The notes under the pieces were generated by a model that worked only from the letters and a program-made list of their open reading frames with translations, had not been told where the DNA came from and made no database searches. Position numbers and translations under genes: made by a program. Shown here piece after piece: positions 14,100-29,600 of a stretch of DNA of 64,000 nt (positions are counted from its first letter, which is position 1; each line of letters begins with the position of its first letter). Location of the stretch: contig NC_043014.1 in assembly GCF_006345805.1 (NCBI RefSeq), positions 18,476,001 to 18,540,000 of the forward strand, written 5' to 3'. This DNA is from Octopus sinensis. Lineage: Eukaryota.

Positions 14100-14650
14100 A
14101 TGCACAACCAATACAATGGGTCAGTTAGCCACATTGACCCTTGCAGCCCAGTCCAAATCTAATTATATGCATACGGACATCACCACGTAAGTAGTTATAG
14201 CCACCGGGCAATGTGCCAACACTACAACATAAAAACTAACACCAAATGGTGTAAGTGTATGCAAAATAGAGTACATGACAATGACCAGGTCACAATGCCT
14301 TAGTATATGCCTGTTCTAACTGGGAAAGAAATCAAAGTTAAACACCCACACATGATAATCAAGCATAGAAAGAAAGAAAAACTGCTTAGTGATACACACT
14401 GCAATCGATTCTCGCTCAAATATTGCTCCAAAAGCAGAGGAAAATTTCTCAAACTACAACGATATCGAAATTGAAGCGTTCAAGATGTGGTGCATGAATG
14501 TGAAAATAGCAGCTGTTATAATTAGAGCGTTGGCGATGACAAAAAACATATGAACAAAAATATAGAAATTATACCTCTACACTGAATATTGCACACTATC
14601 GAAAAACAAAAAAATCTGCTGTAAGTAGTCCACATCCGACGCAAGATACT
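14100..14650 (+). mobile_element. Old degenerate R4/Dong 3' fragment
   Basis: Residual CQHYNIKTNTKW, NDIEIE and KMW-type motifs. Confidence 0.55.
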
Positions 14651-15019
14651 ACGAATTCAATATTACAATTCAAATAAAACAATCCTGAATTACAAGACAC
14701 ACTCCACAGAGTAAGTATCAAATAAAATTAACAAATCCCATATGCTTTACAGGCCGGATACACAACAGAATAACACAAATTGCATTACACATACTGCATT
14801 ATACAAACATTAATACAACAAAAGACTGCGACCAAATCCCATATAAAGGCAATCTGAAGCAATACAATACCGGATAGAGTTTGTAACTCCTCTCCCACCA
14901 CTACCACCGAGAAAAAAGAAAAAAAAGGAAAAGAACACACAATACTTCACACTTCAGCAACACGAAGGTGTAGCAGGGGATGCAGTAGCAATGTACCTGA
15001 AACTGTCAAACGTGCATAA

Positions 15020-15056
15020 TGATCATGATAAGGATGATGATGATGATGATGATGAA

Positions 15057-15092
<36 letters not shown>

Positions 15093-15310
15093 CATGATGA
15101 TGATGATGATAATAATAATAATAAAAACAACAGCAACAACATCAACAACAACAATAATAATAATAACAAACAGTAATCATAATTTTTCACATTGGGGTAA
15201 AATGTCAAATCATTACCATCCTCCTCCTCCTCCTCCTCCTCCTCATCATCATCATCGTAGTCGTCGTCGTCCTCATCGTCGTCGTCGCCATCATTATTTT
15301 TATTATTATT
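15020..15310. repeat. Trinucleotide microsatellite block (GAT)n/(AAT)n/(CCT)n/(CAT)n
   Basis: Direct reading. Confidence 0.9.
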
Positions 15311-15437
15311 GAGTGAGAGAGCAGCGCATGCTATCAAAAGTGACATGAGCGTGCAAATATACGAAGCCCAGTAAACTCATCATGACTACCCGTCTGATAA
15401 GGATACACCAGGCATATGCATCACAAGCCCATCTTTT
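15311..15437 (-). mobile_element. Internally deleted copy of the (AAT)n-associated non-coding element at 52540-52981
   Basis: Matches the reverse complement of the terminal ~115 bp of that element, joined to cccatctttt (its other end). Confidence 0.7.
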
Positions 15438-15541
15438 ATACCAAAGCAAAACATAGATGATAATACTTCCAATCAGTTAATATCAAAAGCCATGAGTGTT
15501 ACGGCCTGGCATTGCATCAAGGCAATAATAATAATGATAGC

Positions 15542-15603
<62 letters not shown>

Positions 15604-15618
15604 TAATAATAATAATAA

Positions 15619-15671
<53 letters not shown>

Positions 15672-16830
15672 CTATGTTTGACTTTTGCTTTATGTCTGTA
15701 CAAGTTGGCTCCAAGTCTCACCCAGAGACCTCAAGAGACAACAGGTTGGAAGTTCTGTGCCATATATTTGGGGTTTTTTTTTGGTGTTGTACTAGTGAAT
15801 GTCTACTACATAAAAAAATAAAATAAAATAAAATAAATAAATAAATAAAAAGTTTGTTTTAAACCTTGGGATTACATAGAGAGTATTTTGCGTAGGATAT
15901 GAGCAGTTCCCATGAGCACTATCTTTTGAATTTTTGCCATTTTGGGGTTTCCTGGTATCTGAGTTAGGTAGCAATCAGTCCCTTTCGCTATCATTCGCAG
16001 GGCACTTATGACAACAGGTATTGTTTTAGTCTTCAGCTTCCACATTTTGCTGATTTCTATTTCAAGATCTTTATATTTGCTCAGTTTTTGGTAGGTCTTT
16101 ACAGATACGTTTATATCGATTGGGACATCCATATCAATGAGGAGGCATGTTCTTTGTCTGAAGTCTTTCAATATGATGTCTGGCCTATTTGCATCTATCT
16201 TCCTGTCAGTTTGAATAGTGAAGTTCCAGAGGAGTGAGATGTGGTCATTTTCAAGCACTAGGGGTAGTTTGTGTTCCCACCAGTTTTTTTCATGGGGCAA
16301 ATCCAGGTTTTGGCAAATTACCCAGTGAATATATTGTGCCGCTCTATCATGCCTGTTGAGGTACTCTCTCGGCGCTAGAAGACTGCATTTGGAGACAACA
16401 TGATCAATGGTTTCATTTTGTTGTCGGCATACACGACATGTTGGGCTACTGCCGTTCTTTAATATGTTGGCCTGGTAGTTTCTTGTTGGTAGACATTGAT
16501 CTTGAGCTGCTATGATAAACCCCTCTGTTTCAGATTTTAAGCCAGAGGCCATTAGCCATTGATGGGTCAGGGCTTTGTCAATATCTGCATTATTCGCTAT
16601 CTTTGGGTATTTGCCATAGAGAGGTTTTTCTTGCCATTTATTATTCAGAATATCTAAGGCCGCAGTTTTGGCACGGGTTTTCATGCGCCTAGCTTTTTCT
16701 GTGCTTGTTTCTTGTATGTCTATCTCTAATTCCGAAATTGGTTGTATTCGGAATTCACTTAGATATTCCTTTGCCTGTTTTGTGACTGAGTATGATGCTT
16801 TCTTGCTTTCATGTTTTCAAGTTTCATGTT
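15672..16830 (-). mobile_element. R4/Dong 3' fragment with a 270-aa open C-terminal region (CCHC and RLE)
   Basis: ORF 15872-16684: HQWLMASGLKSETEGFIIAAQDQ, CRVCRQQNETIDHVVSKC, RHD, RPDII, KYKDLE; AAT/ATT flanks. Confidence 0.93.
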
Positions 16831-16854
16831 TTATTATTATTATTATTATTATTA

Positions 16855-16918
<64 letters not shown>

Positions 16919-16924
16919 TATGGT

Positions 16925-18297
16925 TTTCTTTTATTATAACTTTATTTCAGCTGCCTAAGTACCGGACATCCTCCGGGGGCCAAGAGTAGCAAGTGCACTT
17001 TTATTTTGCTAAGCATGATAAAATTATTGTCACAGTTATTCCATTTTAGATGGAGAGTGCTTTCTGTAGTATATGGACTGTACCCAATAAGGTTATCCTT
17101 TGTAGATTGAAGTTACCACGGAGTTGCTTAATATACTTCTCAGCTCCATTCTTTATCATTCCCAATGCACCAATTACTACTCGTATTATCGTAGTACAAC
17201 GCTTCCACATTTTTGTGATTTCAAGTTGCAGATCTTTATAGTGAGAAAGATTTTTGTATTCCTTTCTTGAGATATTTTGATCTTGTCGGACAGATATATT
17301 TATTAACAGACAAGTTCCTCTTTTGTAGTCCTGGAGTCAAATTTTCTGTCTGTTTGTATTGGGAATTTCCAAAGTATGGTTACACCCTCGTTATTTACTA
17401 CAACCTATGGACGGTTACCTGTACCACTTATCATTGGATTTAATTGTGTAGTATTTACAAGCATTCTATTGGATGTACTGCCCTAGTCGGTCATGTCTTA
17501 TGAGGTACACATTCTCAGCAAGGACTGGGCAGTCAAAAACAACATCATCAATTGTCTCTGTGAATTTTCTGCAAATTCTGCACGAGGTGTCAGATCCATC
17601 TTTAAGGAAGTTTGCAAGGTAGTTTCTGGTAGGTAAGATCTGACCTTAACAAAACTTTGATTTCCCTTTCAGACCTGCCCCTTTTAGCAATTGGTACATT
17701 AGAGTTTGATCTATATCTGGTTTGGCAGGCAGTTAGGGTATTTTCCTTGCAGGGGTTTACCTTTCCAATTGTCTTCGATATTATTCATGCAAGCCTTCTT
17801 TGCTTTTTGTTTGATGATTTTTGCATCAATGAGAGGTTTGTCACTATTTGGATCTCGTTGGCCTTTCAGATTGTTAATTTCAAAATCAGGAGAAGCAATG
17901 GTAGGTCTGTCAGTATTTGGGTGACTTCGGTCATTTTTATTGTTAACTTGTAGGCCAAGAGACCTTTTAAATTTCTGACTAAGCTTCATGACTGAAGCCT
18001 GCTTGGAATCTACATATTTCAGTGCAGTTCATTAGAGCGCATCACTTGTACGTTTCAAGGCCTATTATTGCTGATGTGAGGGATTGTTCGAGCTGTATCA
18101 GGCATCTTCCACCTATTTCTCTTGAGAGATAAATCCTGTCTACATCTTATTTTGGATGGTGCATTCAGTACCTTGTAAGGATTTTACGGATCTTTCCATC
18201 CATATTCTGCATGTCCATGAGACCCCACTTAATGATATCGAAGTTAAATGTGGTTACTGGTATAGCCAAAGAATTGATCGCATTTACTATGTTAGCA
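16925..18297 (-). mobile_element. R4/Dong 3' fragment, degenerate
   Basis: NAINSLAIPVT, WKGKPLQGKYP, KYKDLQLEI, IGTVHIL; (AAT)n tail. Confidence 0.85.
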
Positions 18298-18358
18298 AAA
18301 TAATAATAATAACAACAACAACAACAACAACAACAATAACAATAATAATAATAATAAT

Positions 18359-18469
<111 letters not shown>

Positions 18470-18474
18470 GTTAC

Positions 18475-18507
<33 letters not shown>

Positions 18508-18512
18508 CATTA

Positions 18513-20047
<1,535 letters not shown>

Positions 20048-20329
20048 TTATTATTATTATCATTGCTACTATTATTGTTGTTGCTGTTATTGTTGTTATC
20101 GTTGTTGTCGTCGTCGTTGTGCGCATCGGTTATCAAAATCTAGACATTATGACTGATACTCTATGCTCTGTGAACATTGTAAACGCTGTAAGACCTGAAA
20201 TGCAGAAATGGAACGGCGACAACTAGGCCGTGACCAGTGGGAATTGATACAGTAGGCGTTCTAACTGAGTCTGCGCGCTGAAATTCATCTCGCATGTTTG
20301 GAGTGAGATACATTACGGTAAATTCAGAC

Positions 20330-20860
20330 GGCTATGTGATGCTACGAGACAATGATTCTAGAGGTGAACTATTCAAACCTTAAAGAATTCCGGCAAGGAA
20401 GGGTTGTGCTGGAACGCCATATGAGTACAACTTATTGCCAATCCTTCGGAAAGCATCTGAAGGGGTTGGAGAATGGCCAAGTCTTCACGAGCCCCAATTT
20501 CAGGCTTTCCAATTCCTCCGGTTAAAATCCCATGGATCAAATATGTGGGGTTGGGGAGGAGTTGAGAATAACACCAACAGCTCTGCTTGCAACACCGAAC
20601 CCGTGCTTGTGGACAAGATGAAGGAGGATTGTGAAGATCTTTCCCCAGACACAATGAGTAACGCATAGCGCATGTTCCTGAACCGTGTGGAAGCCGTGGA
20701 GGAAGCTGAAGGCGGCCAATTTGAGAAGATTGTTATCTCTCAGCCATAATCTAGTTGATATTCATGGATTTTTAAAAATACATATATGTATTATTGCATT
20801 AGAAATTGTGTTTTAATTTCCTTTTACTGGAACTATCAAATTTAGCTTGCACATCCTGCG
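20330..20860 (+). mobile_element. Tc1/mariner-superfamily transposase C-terminal relic
   Basis: Degenerate WPPNSPDLNPMDY.VWG-like segment (NPMDQ..WG), RVEAVEEAEGGQFE, and a TIR-like ttgcacatcctg end. Confidence 0.65.
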
Positions 20861-20867
20861 CATAGTT

Positions 20868-21665
<798 letters not shown>

Positions 21666-22108
21666 TATTACAATTTGCAATTATTTACAGAAATAAATTT
21701 CGATTTGAAATGGACACGATATATATTTAAATTAATCGAGCAGAAACAGCATTCGCAATTTCAGTCTGCTATTACACAAGGCCGAAAGACATGGACGGAT
21801 GCCAAAAAGAAGATTGCATTATTAGAGACATTTCATTCTTTCCCCAGGCTTTTTATTTCAGGTTGGTTGCTGTTGCTTGGGCTGTTGTTATTGTTATTTA
21901 TAGTGATGGTGGGCGAAGTTGATATTTTTGAAGAAATATCTTTTTATTAAATATTTCTTTTATTTTCTCGTTTTGTCACCATAACTAATTAAACAACATA
22001 ACTAACAAATCTTTCGTTTCTCTCTCTCTTTCACACACACACAAACACATATATCGATATATGCATATATATATATATAACCATAAATATATACACATCT
22101 AATTTGCC

Positions 22109-22145
<37 letters not shown>

Positions 22146-22157
22146 TTGTCTGTATGC

Positions 22158-22466
22158 TGAGATCCCCATCGGTCATGACTGACCATGTGATTGCACCTAG
22201 AAATTTACCCTCCTAGGCACAAGTCCGGGCAAGGTTGTTTATAGAAGACTAGCAGTTGCCCATGCATACCGGTCTCCTCTCTACACGCTGCCAGTGTTAC
22301 CCGATACAGTTTGGCACCTGTGACGTCGCAACTCATTTCTACAGCTGAGCGAACTGGAGCAAGACCTTTTCCCCAAGAACACAACACGCAGTCCGGTCCG
22401 GGATTCGAACTCGCAACTTCACGATCGTAGGCGCCACGCTCTAACCACTGAGCCATGTGCTTTCAC
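22158..22466 (-). mobile_element. tRNA(Arg)-like derived SINE
   Basis: Minus strand has A-box TGGCTCAGTGG, anticodon-like ctACGat and B-box GTTCGAATCC, followed by a non-tRNA body. Confidence 0.8.
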
Positions 22467-22772
22467 GTGTGTGCATATATATATATTTATATATATAATG
22501 AACAATAAATAATATATATATAAAAAATAAATAATATATAATATAGAGAGAGAAAGTGAGAGGGAGAGAGAGTGTGAGGGAGAGAGAGAGGGAGAGAAAG
22601 TGGTCGAAAATGCCGTTAGGAGAAACCTAAGATCTCACAATAAATTTGACTAACTGCAACATATAAATTATACTTATTTAGTGCTTTGTCCCTTTCTGTG
22701 ATTCGCCAAATGTATGTATGTATGTATGTATGTATGTATGTATGTATGTATGTATGTATGTATGTATGTATG

Positions 22773-22815
<43 letters not shown>

Positions 22816-23147
22816 TTATCTATCTATCTGTCTGTCTGTCTGCCTGCACGTATGTACGCAAGCATGTGTGTGTTTATAAGTGGCTGAGTGTAGAAATGTG
22901 TGTAAAAATATAAAAATGTAAATGGAGAAATTCGAAATATATGTATATATATATATTTTTCACATACATATATAAATAGATAATTAAATAGAAATGAATA
23001 TTGAGAGAAGGAAAGCAACACGATACTTTTTACTTCATAGAAATATACCTAAGTTATGATATATTCTGTTTTCTTCGTATATATAATGTAGCACCATTAT
23101 ATCTCTATATCTATCGATCTATCTATATATTGGTTTTGAATTACGTT

Positions 23148-23205
<58 letters not shown>

Positions 23206-23370
23206 GCATATATAAATATGGTATAATATATATAACCTACACATATATGTGTGTTTTTGTGTATGAATATACATAGCTGTATGTATGAATCAGTTATGTG
23301 TATAAACAAAACAAATTAAATGTAACAGTTTACGTTTCACATACTATATATATATATATAAATACATACG

Positions 23371-23419
<49 letters not shown>

Positions 23420-23658
23420 ATAAGCTGGAGGTGGAAATAGCATAGAAGTAAGTCTAAGACATTTAAATTAAAGAGGGAATTTAATAAAAATGATTTAATA
23501 ATTATGTAAAGAATATATTACTGGCTTCGATGTATGACCTATGTTGAGTGTGCGCCTTAGACTCGGCACTCGACACACAATATCGGATGGAGAGCATACG
23601 CGAAACGGCGAAAGATTGTCGCTGGGTGCGCTCAGTAGCCTAGATATATATATATATA

Positions 23659-23711
<53 letters not shown>

Positions 23712-23800
23712 TATATATATATTATATATAAACATAATCAAATAGGGTAATAAAATAAATTATTATTACCAGTGGCGTAGCACAAAAGACGAGTATAGAA

Positions 23801-23880
23801 ATATAATAAAAGGCTTCCAAATCCAAATAAGGCTTCCAATAAGTGTTTCTAGCACTACGCTTCCTTATTTGGAAGCCTTT

Positions 23881-23888
<8 letters not shown>
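23801..23888. repeat. Small fold-back: 22-bp perfect inverted repeat with a 44-bp spacer
   Basis: atataataaaaggcttccaaat (23801-23822) and atttggaagccttttattatat (23867-23888). Confidence 0.85.
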
Positions 23889-23917
<29 letters not shown>

Positions 23918-24099
23918 GATATAAAAATATATATGTACGTATATATATTTTTACATATGCATATATATGTATATCATATATAAATGTATATATATATTTA
24001 TTTATTTTGCTATTTTATTATATATAACATAAACAACAACATTAATAATAATATTAAGGATAATAATAGGAGACTACATCAACAGACAAGTAAAATTCA

Positions 24100-24850
24100 A
24101 TAACGTATTACACACATTGGAACAAAGAACATCGCACATATACAGATTATCTTATCAAGGCTGTCATTAGGATTATGGCAGAAAGGATGGGATTGTGAAT
24201 TACTGAGAACAGAACAGCAACGGATACTAGAGGAAATAAAGAATCGTGGTGGGAAAAGAGAAACTGGGAAGATATAAACTTCCTGAACAATACTTTTCAG
24301 AAAAAGAAATGTAGAGCTTGAGAATGAATGGAAATTCGAAAAAGTTAGGATGAAGTTTAGTGTAGATACAAAAGGCCTGAATTTTTTTATTGAAAAACTG
24401 AAGCAGTGCATACATGCAAAAAAAAAAAGTTGTTTAGAACCAACCAAAACAGATTTTACCAAGTGATTAATGATGATAAAAAACGTGAAAGATTAGTTCC
24501 TGATGTTGATGAAGGTCGACTTTTCTGGGGTAAAATATAGCGTACGCAAGAACAACATAATGCTACAGCTGAATGTCTCTGCAGCCTGAAGCAAACCACT
24601 TCTTATTTCTAGCAAAAGGCGATCCTCTTCACAGAAGACAATATCAGAAATATGAGTAAAAAGATAAGCAGCATGAACCTATTGATGTACAGGCATTTTA
24701 GATAAAAAAGTTCAGTTGTTGCCATAAATTGATCGCGGAGCAATTTAATACAAATATCATTCCGGGCTGGTTGACAAAAGGACGGACGGTGACAATTACA
24801 GACGAATTTCCTGCCTCCCATTAATGTGGAAGTTACAACCAGGAGGAATT
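24100..24850 (+). mobile_element. R4/Dong fragment upstream of and into RT
   Basis: LFRTNQNRFYQ, FWGKI, HNATAE, GWLTKGRT and CLPLMWKL-type motifs. Confidence 0.7.
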
Positions 24851-25029
24851 ACAGAAGAACTGTATACATTTTTTAATGGCTATGTGAAGTTGAAACAGCG
24901 AGAAAGGGGATGGCAGTTATTAGAGGGTGGGAAAGGGTCTATTTCATAGATGCTTTTAGAGTTGCTAAGGGGAATTCGAAGAAAGAAGTTCAGTTGGCAT
25001 TGGTCACTTCAGCCATGTAACTATACATG

Positions 25030-25350
25030 GGCTATTGATGATTTTTCCTGATTTGGACTTTTCCGTTTTCCTTTCCGACAAAGAGCTATGCACGAAACAT
25101 CAAAATCTCTCTCCTCTTCTTGAGCATCAAACCAATACATTCATTATGCACATCCTTTTGTCTGTAATTGTTATTTTTAACTTTTGATTATTTGATTTGA
25201 TTAAATATATAGTTAAAATTCACATAAAAACAAAGGTGGAAGAGAAGTGAAGAAAGAACAAGCAGGTGTATTAGTTTAACACTCGGCAAGAATGGAAAAA
25301 TCTTTGACGTTTCGAGCCTATGCTCTTATACAGAAAGGTTTGAGATGGAA
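25030..25350. mobile_element. Two oppositely oriented Penelope-like fragments with hammerhead-like motifs (25071-25105 on +, 25302-25337 on -)
   Basis: Minus copy: cttt-CTGTATA-a-GAGC-atag-GCTC-GAAA-CGTC-aaag. The plus copy is degenerate: ccgacaaagagctatgcacgaaacatcaaa. Confidence 0.55.
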
Positions 25351-25392
25351 AAAACGGAGAATGAGAAAATGTGTATGGATTAACGGTTCGAC

Positions 25393-25428
<36 letters not shown>

Positions 25429-25444
25429 TCCCACACACATCTAT

Positions 25445-25620
25445 ATGTGTCTGACTCGTATTTGTGCTTGTCCCCAAACCACTTGACAGCAAGTGTTGGT
25501 TTCTTTACGTCCCCATAACATTCGTGCTTCAGAGAATTTGACTGTTATTGTAAGTACCGGGCTTTAGAAAAAAGTACTGGCATGGATTCGTTCCTTCAAA
25601 TACATTCAAGGCGGTGCTAA
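25445..25620 (+). mobile_element. SINE 3' half, degenerate
   Basis: cttgacagcaagtgttgg, tacgtcccc, taagtacc, aaggcggtgct. Confidence 0.6.
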
Positions 25621-26379
25621 ATAAGCAAAAGAATAGATAAAAGAAACACATGCATACATACACACATACACTCACACACAGACACACATACATACACACA
25701 CGTACATACACATATTTATTTCTATATATAAGCGTGTGCGCGTGCTTATGTGCTCTTGTTTTTGTGGGTGTGTGTGTATATATATATTCTCCAACTGAAT
25801 CTAGATCCAATTTTATGTTGCTGTTAATAACTCCTTCATGTCCAGAAGTTAACAGAAGAGAGTCTGTAAGTCACACTCATTTCAATATGGCCGTCCAACT
25901 TCCCGTCAGCAGGTTCTCTCTCTATGCTAAACGGAAATCATTAGTCAGTTGTAGTGAGTGTTATATTTTCGGAATATAGCGAAATACACCATTGTGTTCA
26001 CTAGAAGAAATGCATTGTAAATTTATCTGCTCTATCTCTCCTCCTTCTCTACCACCTCATCATCACCATCATCGTCGTCGTCGTTGTCATCGTCATCATC
26101 ATCAGCATCATCATCATCCACATTATTGTTATGTGGATATAATTAGCTGTCAGCAGTTCTATTTTAATGCGTGGTTTCTAGAAATATAAATGGTTACTTT
26201 CTCTCTCTGAAACTGTATTTAAAAATAATTTACAAAAATTCTCCCATCAATCTTATTGTCTTTGTTTCCAGATTTGTTTGGTGGGGGATTGAAATTCTTC
26301 AATGTAGAGATGGAATTATTTTCTAGAATTTTATTATGATTACGGGATTGATATTTCATTTAGGATGCACTTCCTTTCC

Positions 26380-26870
26380 TGTGGATCCTTGCTCACAATA
26401 TTTGGATTACTAATGTTGGCCTCCGTATCTAGTAGATAGCGTAAATTTCATTCGTAGATACTTGTATATGACTATACCATCTCATTAGCTAACTGTTTCT
26501 TTTTAACGACCGTATATTATGCAGTTAATGTATTCTGTTCGATTTCAGGTGTTTTCTGAAATAAAATTCTACTCTAGTAAGAAGGCCTTCATCATGCGCT
26601 TTAATTTAAATCTCTCACTTTCGGCTTTGAGATCCGTACTTCTTGGGAAGTGGCGTCATTTTTCTTTCTATTTTCAATCTCTTCCTATTTTTCAGGTATT
26701 GGGCATGGCGTGTTGGGCCTGACGTGAGGACCTTTCCTAAACATCTTAGCATGGCATTCTCTTAACCCATTTTAGTTTAATTTTGAAATGTTTTCATGAT
26801 TATTTCTCCTTTTTGCTCACAACTGTCTGTCATTTCAATCTCAGTTTTGCATTTGTTGGCTTCCATAATG
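26380..26870 (-). mobile_element. Degenerate RTE-like LINE C-terminal relic
   Basis: Residual K.KLRWYGH/ILQG-like pattern; weak support. Confidence 0.35.
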
Positions 26871-27399
26871 ACAGAAGTAGCTTTTAACTTTTTCACCATT
26901 TATGTACTTATTTCTGTATTTCCCTCATAACTGTCACTTAGCCAGTTTGTGTACGCATAATAACCGAAAGCCGAACATTCGTAATATATAATTAATGCGA
27001 TGTAAATAACAATAAATTTCAATATAAGTACGAACATTCGTAATCTATAAATTATGTGATGTAAAGAGCAATAAATTTTCAAGTAAATTGGTGTAACACT
27101 TAACTTACACAGTTAGCTTTTGGAAATTTCGACAATTTCTAACACTGAGCTACATATTTGAGAAGATGAAATAATAGAAATAAAACTCTACACAGGTACG
27201 AAGTGCTGAGAGGTGGGATTTGTGAGGTTTCTCGATTAATCGTAGTTAACAGCCGACTAGTTCCTTGTGGATTGTATCATCCATGTATTCATGTATATAT
27301 TTATTGTGTATACTGCTTACCTGATTTCATTCCCACATCTCGTCTGTTTGTGTGAAACTCTCATGCGAAAAGGAAGTCTGTGTTTGTATTGACTTCTAC

Positions 27400-27810
27400 C
27401 TCCTCGACATGCTCCTTGACTTCCTCCTCTTCTTCCACCTCTTTCTCTTCTCCTTCCTCATCTTCTTCTTCCTCCACTTGCTCCTCCTTCTCCACTTCTT
27501 TCTCCTCCACTTCTTCTTTTTCTTCTCCTTCCTCTTTTTCCTACAACTCTTGTTCTCCTTCCCTTCTACTTACTCTCCTTCTACATACACCTCTTCCTCT
27601 TCCTCTTCCCCTTCTACTTCCTCTTCTTCTTCCTCATTTTCTTCCCCCTCCACTTCTTCCTCCTCCACTTCTTCATCTTCCTCTATCTTTTGTTTTTTGC
27701 TTTCCCCTTCTACTTACACTTCTTCTTCTTCATCCCGTCTTCTTCTTCTTTCTTTCCTTCAACTTCCTCCTCCTCTTCTTCTTCCTCCTCTTCTTCCTCC
27801 TCTTCTTCTT
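27400..27810. repeat. Pyrimidine-rich degenerate (TCT/TCC)n tract
   Basis: Direct reading; source of the poly-S/L/F ORFs. Confidence 0.85.
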
Positions 27811-27814
27811 TTTG

Positions 27815-28600
27815 TCAGTTTTGACGAGCATATCAAAGATGATTGTCGTCAGACGGATGTGATGTGCCGCGTTTTGTATATGTTTATATAACTTCTTGCC
27901 TGTTTTAAGGTGGAAGTGTTGGCATATTGCCCAACACTTGTTGATATTCCAATTCGATCATATCTGTGTATATATTCAAGTTTGTTGATGTTTCTACTGT
28001 CCCATTGTGCTGGTTGAACATTCTGCACATGTTGTTAGAATCTGTTTTCATTATTTTGTTCATATAATTATCTGTTGTAAGCTATTGGTCTTGTATATCC
28101 CAAATCAGTTCTGTTTCTATTTTTACTCCAGAGACAGAGTTGAAATTGACTTTGGTTTACTTCTCAGTCGAGCCTTGCGAGCTATTGGCATAGAATGGTT
28201 TTGCTCTCCATTTCTTTACTATGTTTTGGAAGTCTGTTTTCATGTTTGTTTTTGTCTCTTTAACCATCTCTGTTTACTTGTAATCTAAATTTATTGTTTC
28301 AACATAGTTTGATTCTGCTTTGTACTTTATCGATTCCTTGTGTACAGAGAAAAGTATTTTTCTTCATGTTTCTTTATTACATTTATCAATCTTCTATTCT
28401 TTGTTTCTAAATATTTTTCCAGTCTGACTGTTCTATTCTATAGTAGCTTTCTATTTATATCAGGCTTCCGTGTGAGTGGAGTGGCTATATTGTGCCTATA
28501 TCTGCTTTGGAAGAGTGACTTAAGTTTCCTATCTGAAGTGTTGCTGTTGTTGTTGATGTTGCTATTACCACCAGGGTATCTAAAGCATCCGAAAAATGTT
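27815..28600 (-). mobile_element. Degenerate R4/Dong 3' fragment
   Basis: G.KIETE..IWDIQDQ.LTTDNYMNKIMK and CRMF motifs. Confidence 0.6.
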
Positions 28601-28961
28601 GTGTGGCATTTGATCTAATTGTACTTGGTCTGGTTTCAAATCTCACTCTCCCGCTTTACCTTTTATCATTCGGGGTCGCTGAAATAAAGTACCAGTTAAG
28701 TACTGAGTCAATGTAATCAACTAACTTGTTCACAAAAGCTATTGTGCTTAAATCATGAATATTTATAAGTATGACGGATTGTTAGAATCATTAGATCGTC
28801 TGATCTTAGAGCCAATTGTGGCCCTTTTGGCTTTTCTCCCGATGAGATGCGACAAAATAAAGTACTAGTTAAATATTGGGGTAAACGTTTTCAAGTACAC
28901 CCTTTCTTCAAATTTACTCTATTTGTGCCAAAACTAGAAGGGATTCCGTCATTTCAGTCAT

Positions 28962-29162
28962 TTAGTCCTTTACTTACTTCAGTCATTTGACTGCCGCCAT
29001 GCTGGAGCACCGCCTTTAGTCGAACAAATCGACCCTAGGACTTAATTTTATAAGCCTAGTACTTATTCTATCGGCTCTTTTGCCAAACCGCTATGTTACG
29101 GGATGTAAACACACCAACATTGGTTGTCAAGCGATGGTGGGAGGACAAGCATAGACTCACAC

Positions 29163-29210
<48 letters not shown>

Positions 29211-29370
29211 GACGGGCTTCTTACAGTTTCCATCTAACAGATGCACTCACAATAGTTTGGTTGGCCCGAGGCTATAGTAGAAGACACTTGCCTAAGCTGC
29301 CACGCACTGGAACTGAACCCGGAACCATGTGGTTGGTAAGCAAGCTTCTTACCACAGAGCCACGCTGCAC
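28962..29370 (-). mobile_element. Full-length dominant-family SINE
   Basis: tRNA-like head (tggtaagaagcttg...ggttccgggttcagt), central (TA)n, and 3' gcggtgctccagcatggc...tgactgaa. Confidence 0.9.
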
Positions 29371-29397
29371 CATGTTACTTTTATCAATAATTTTATT

Positions 29398-29600
29398 AAA
29401 ATGGCAAGCTGGCAAAAATCATTAGTTCTTCGGACAAACTGGTTAGCCGCATTTCTTCCAGCGCTTTATGTGTCGAGCTCAAATTCTGCCGAGGTGGATT
29501 TTACTCTTCATCATTAAGGAGTCGGCTAAACAAGTACCGTTTCAGCACTGGGGACGAATACCCTTCTAAAACTACTGACCTTGAGTTGAAAACTGAAACC
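29398..29600 (+). mobile_element. Second SINE-like family, degenerate
   Basis: gctggcaaaaatcattag...gagctcaaattctgccgaggtggatttt; same family as 37160 and 53576. Confidence 0.6.

Noticed and set aside
22380-22466. tRNA gene
   Set aside because: A- and B-boxes are present, but there is no acceptor-stem closure and the sequence runs into a SINE body; the same applies to the other SINE heads.
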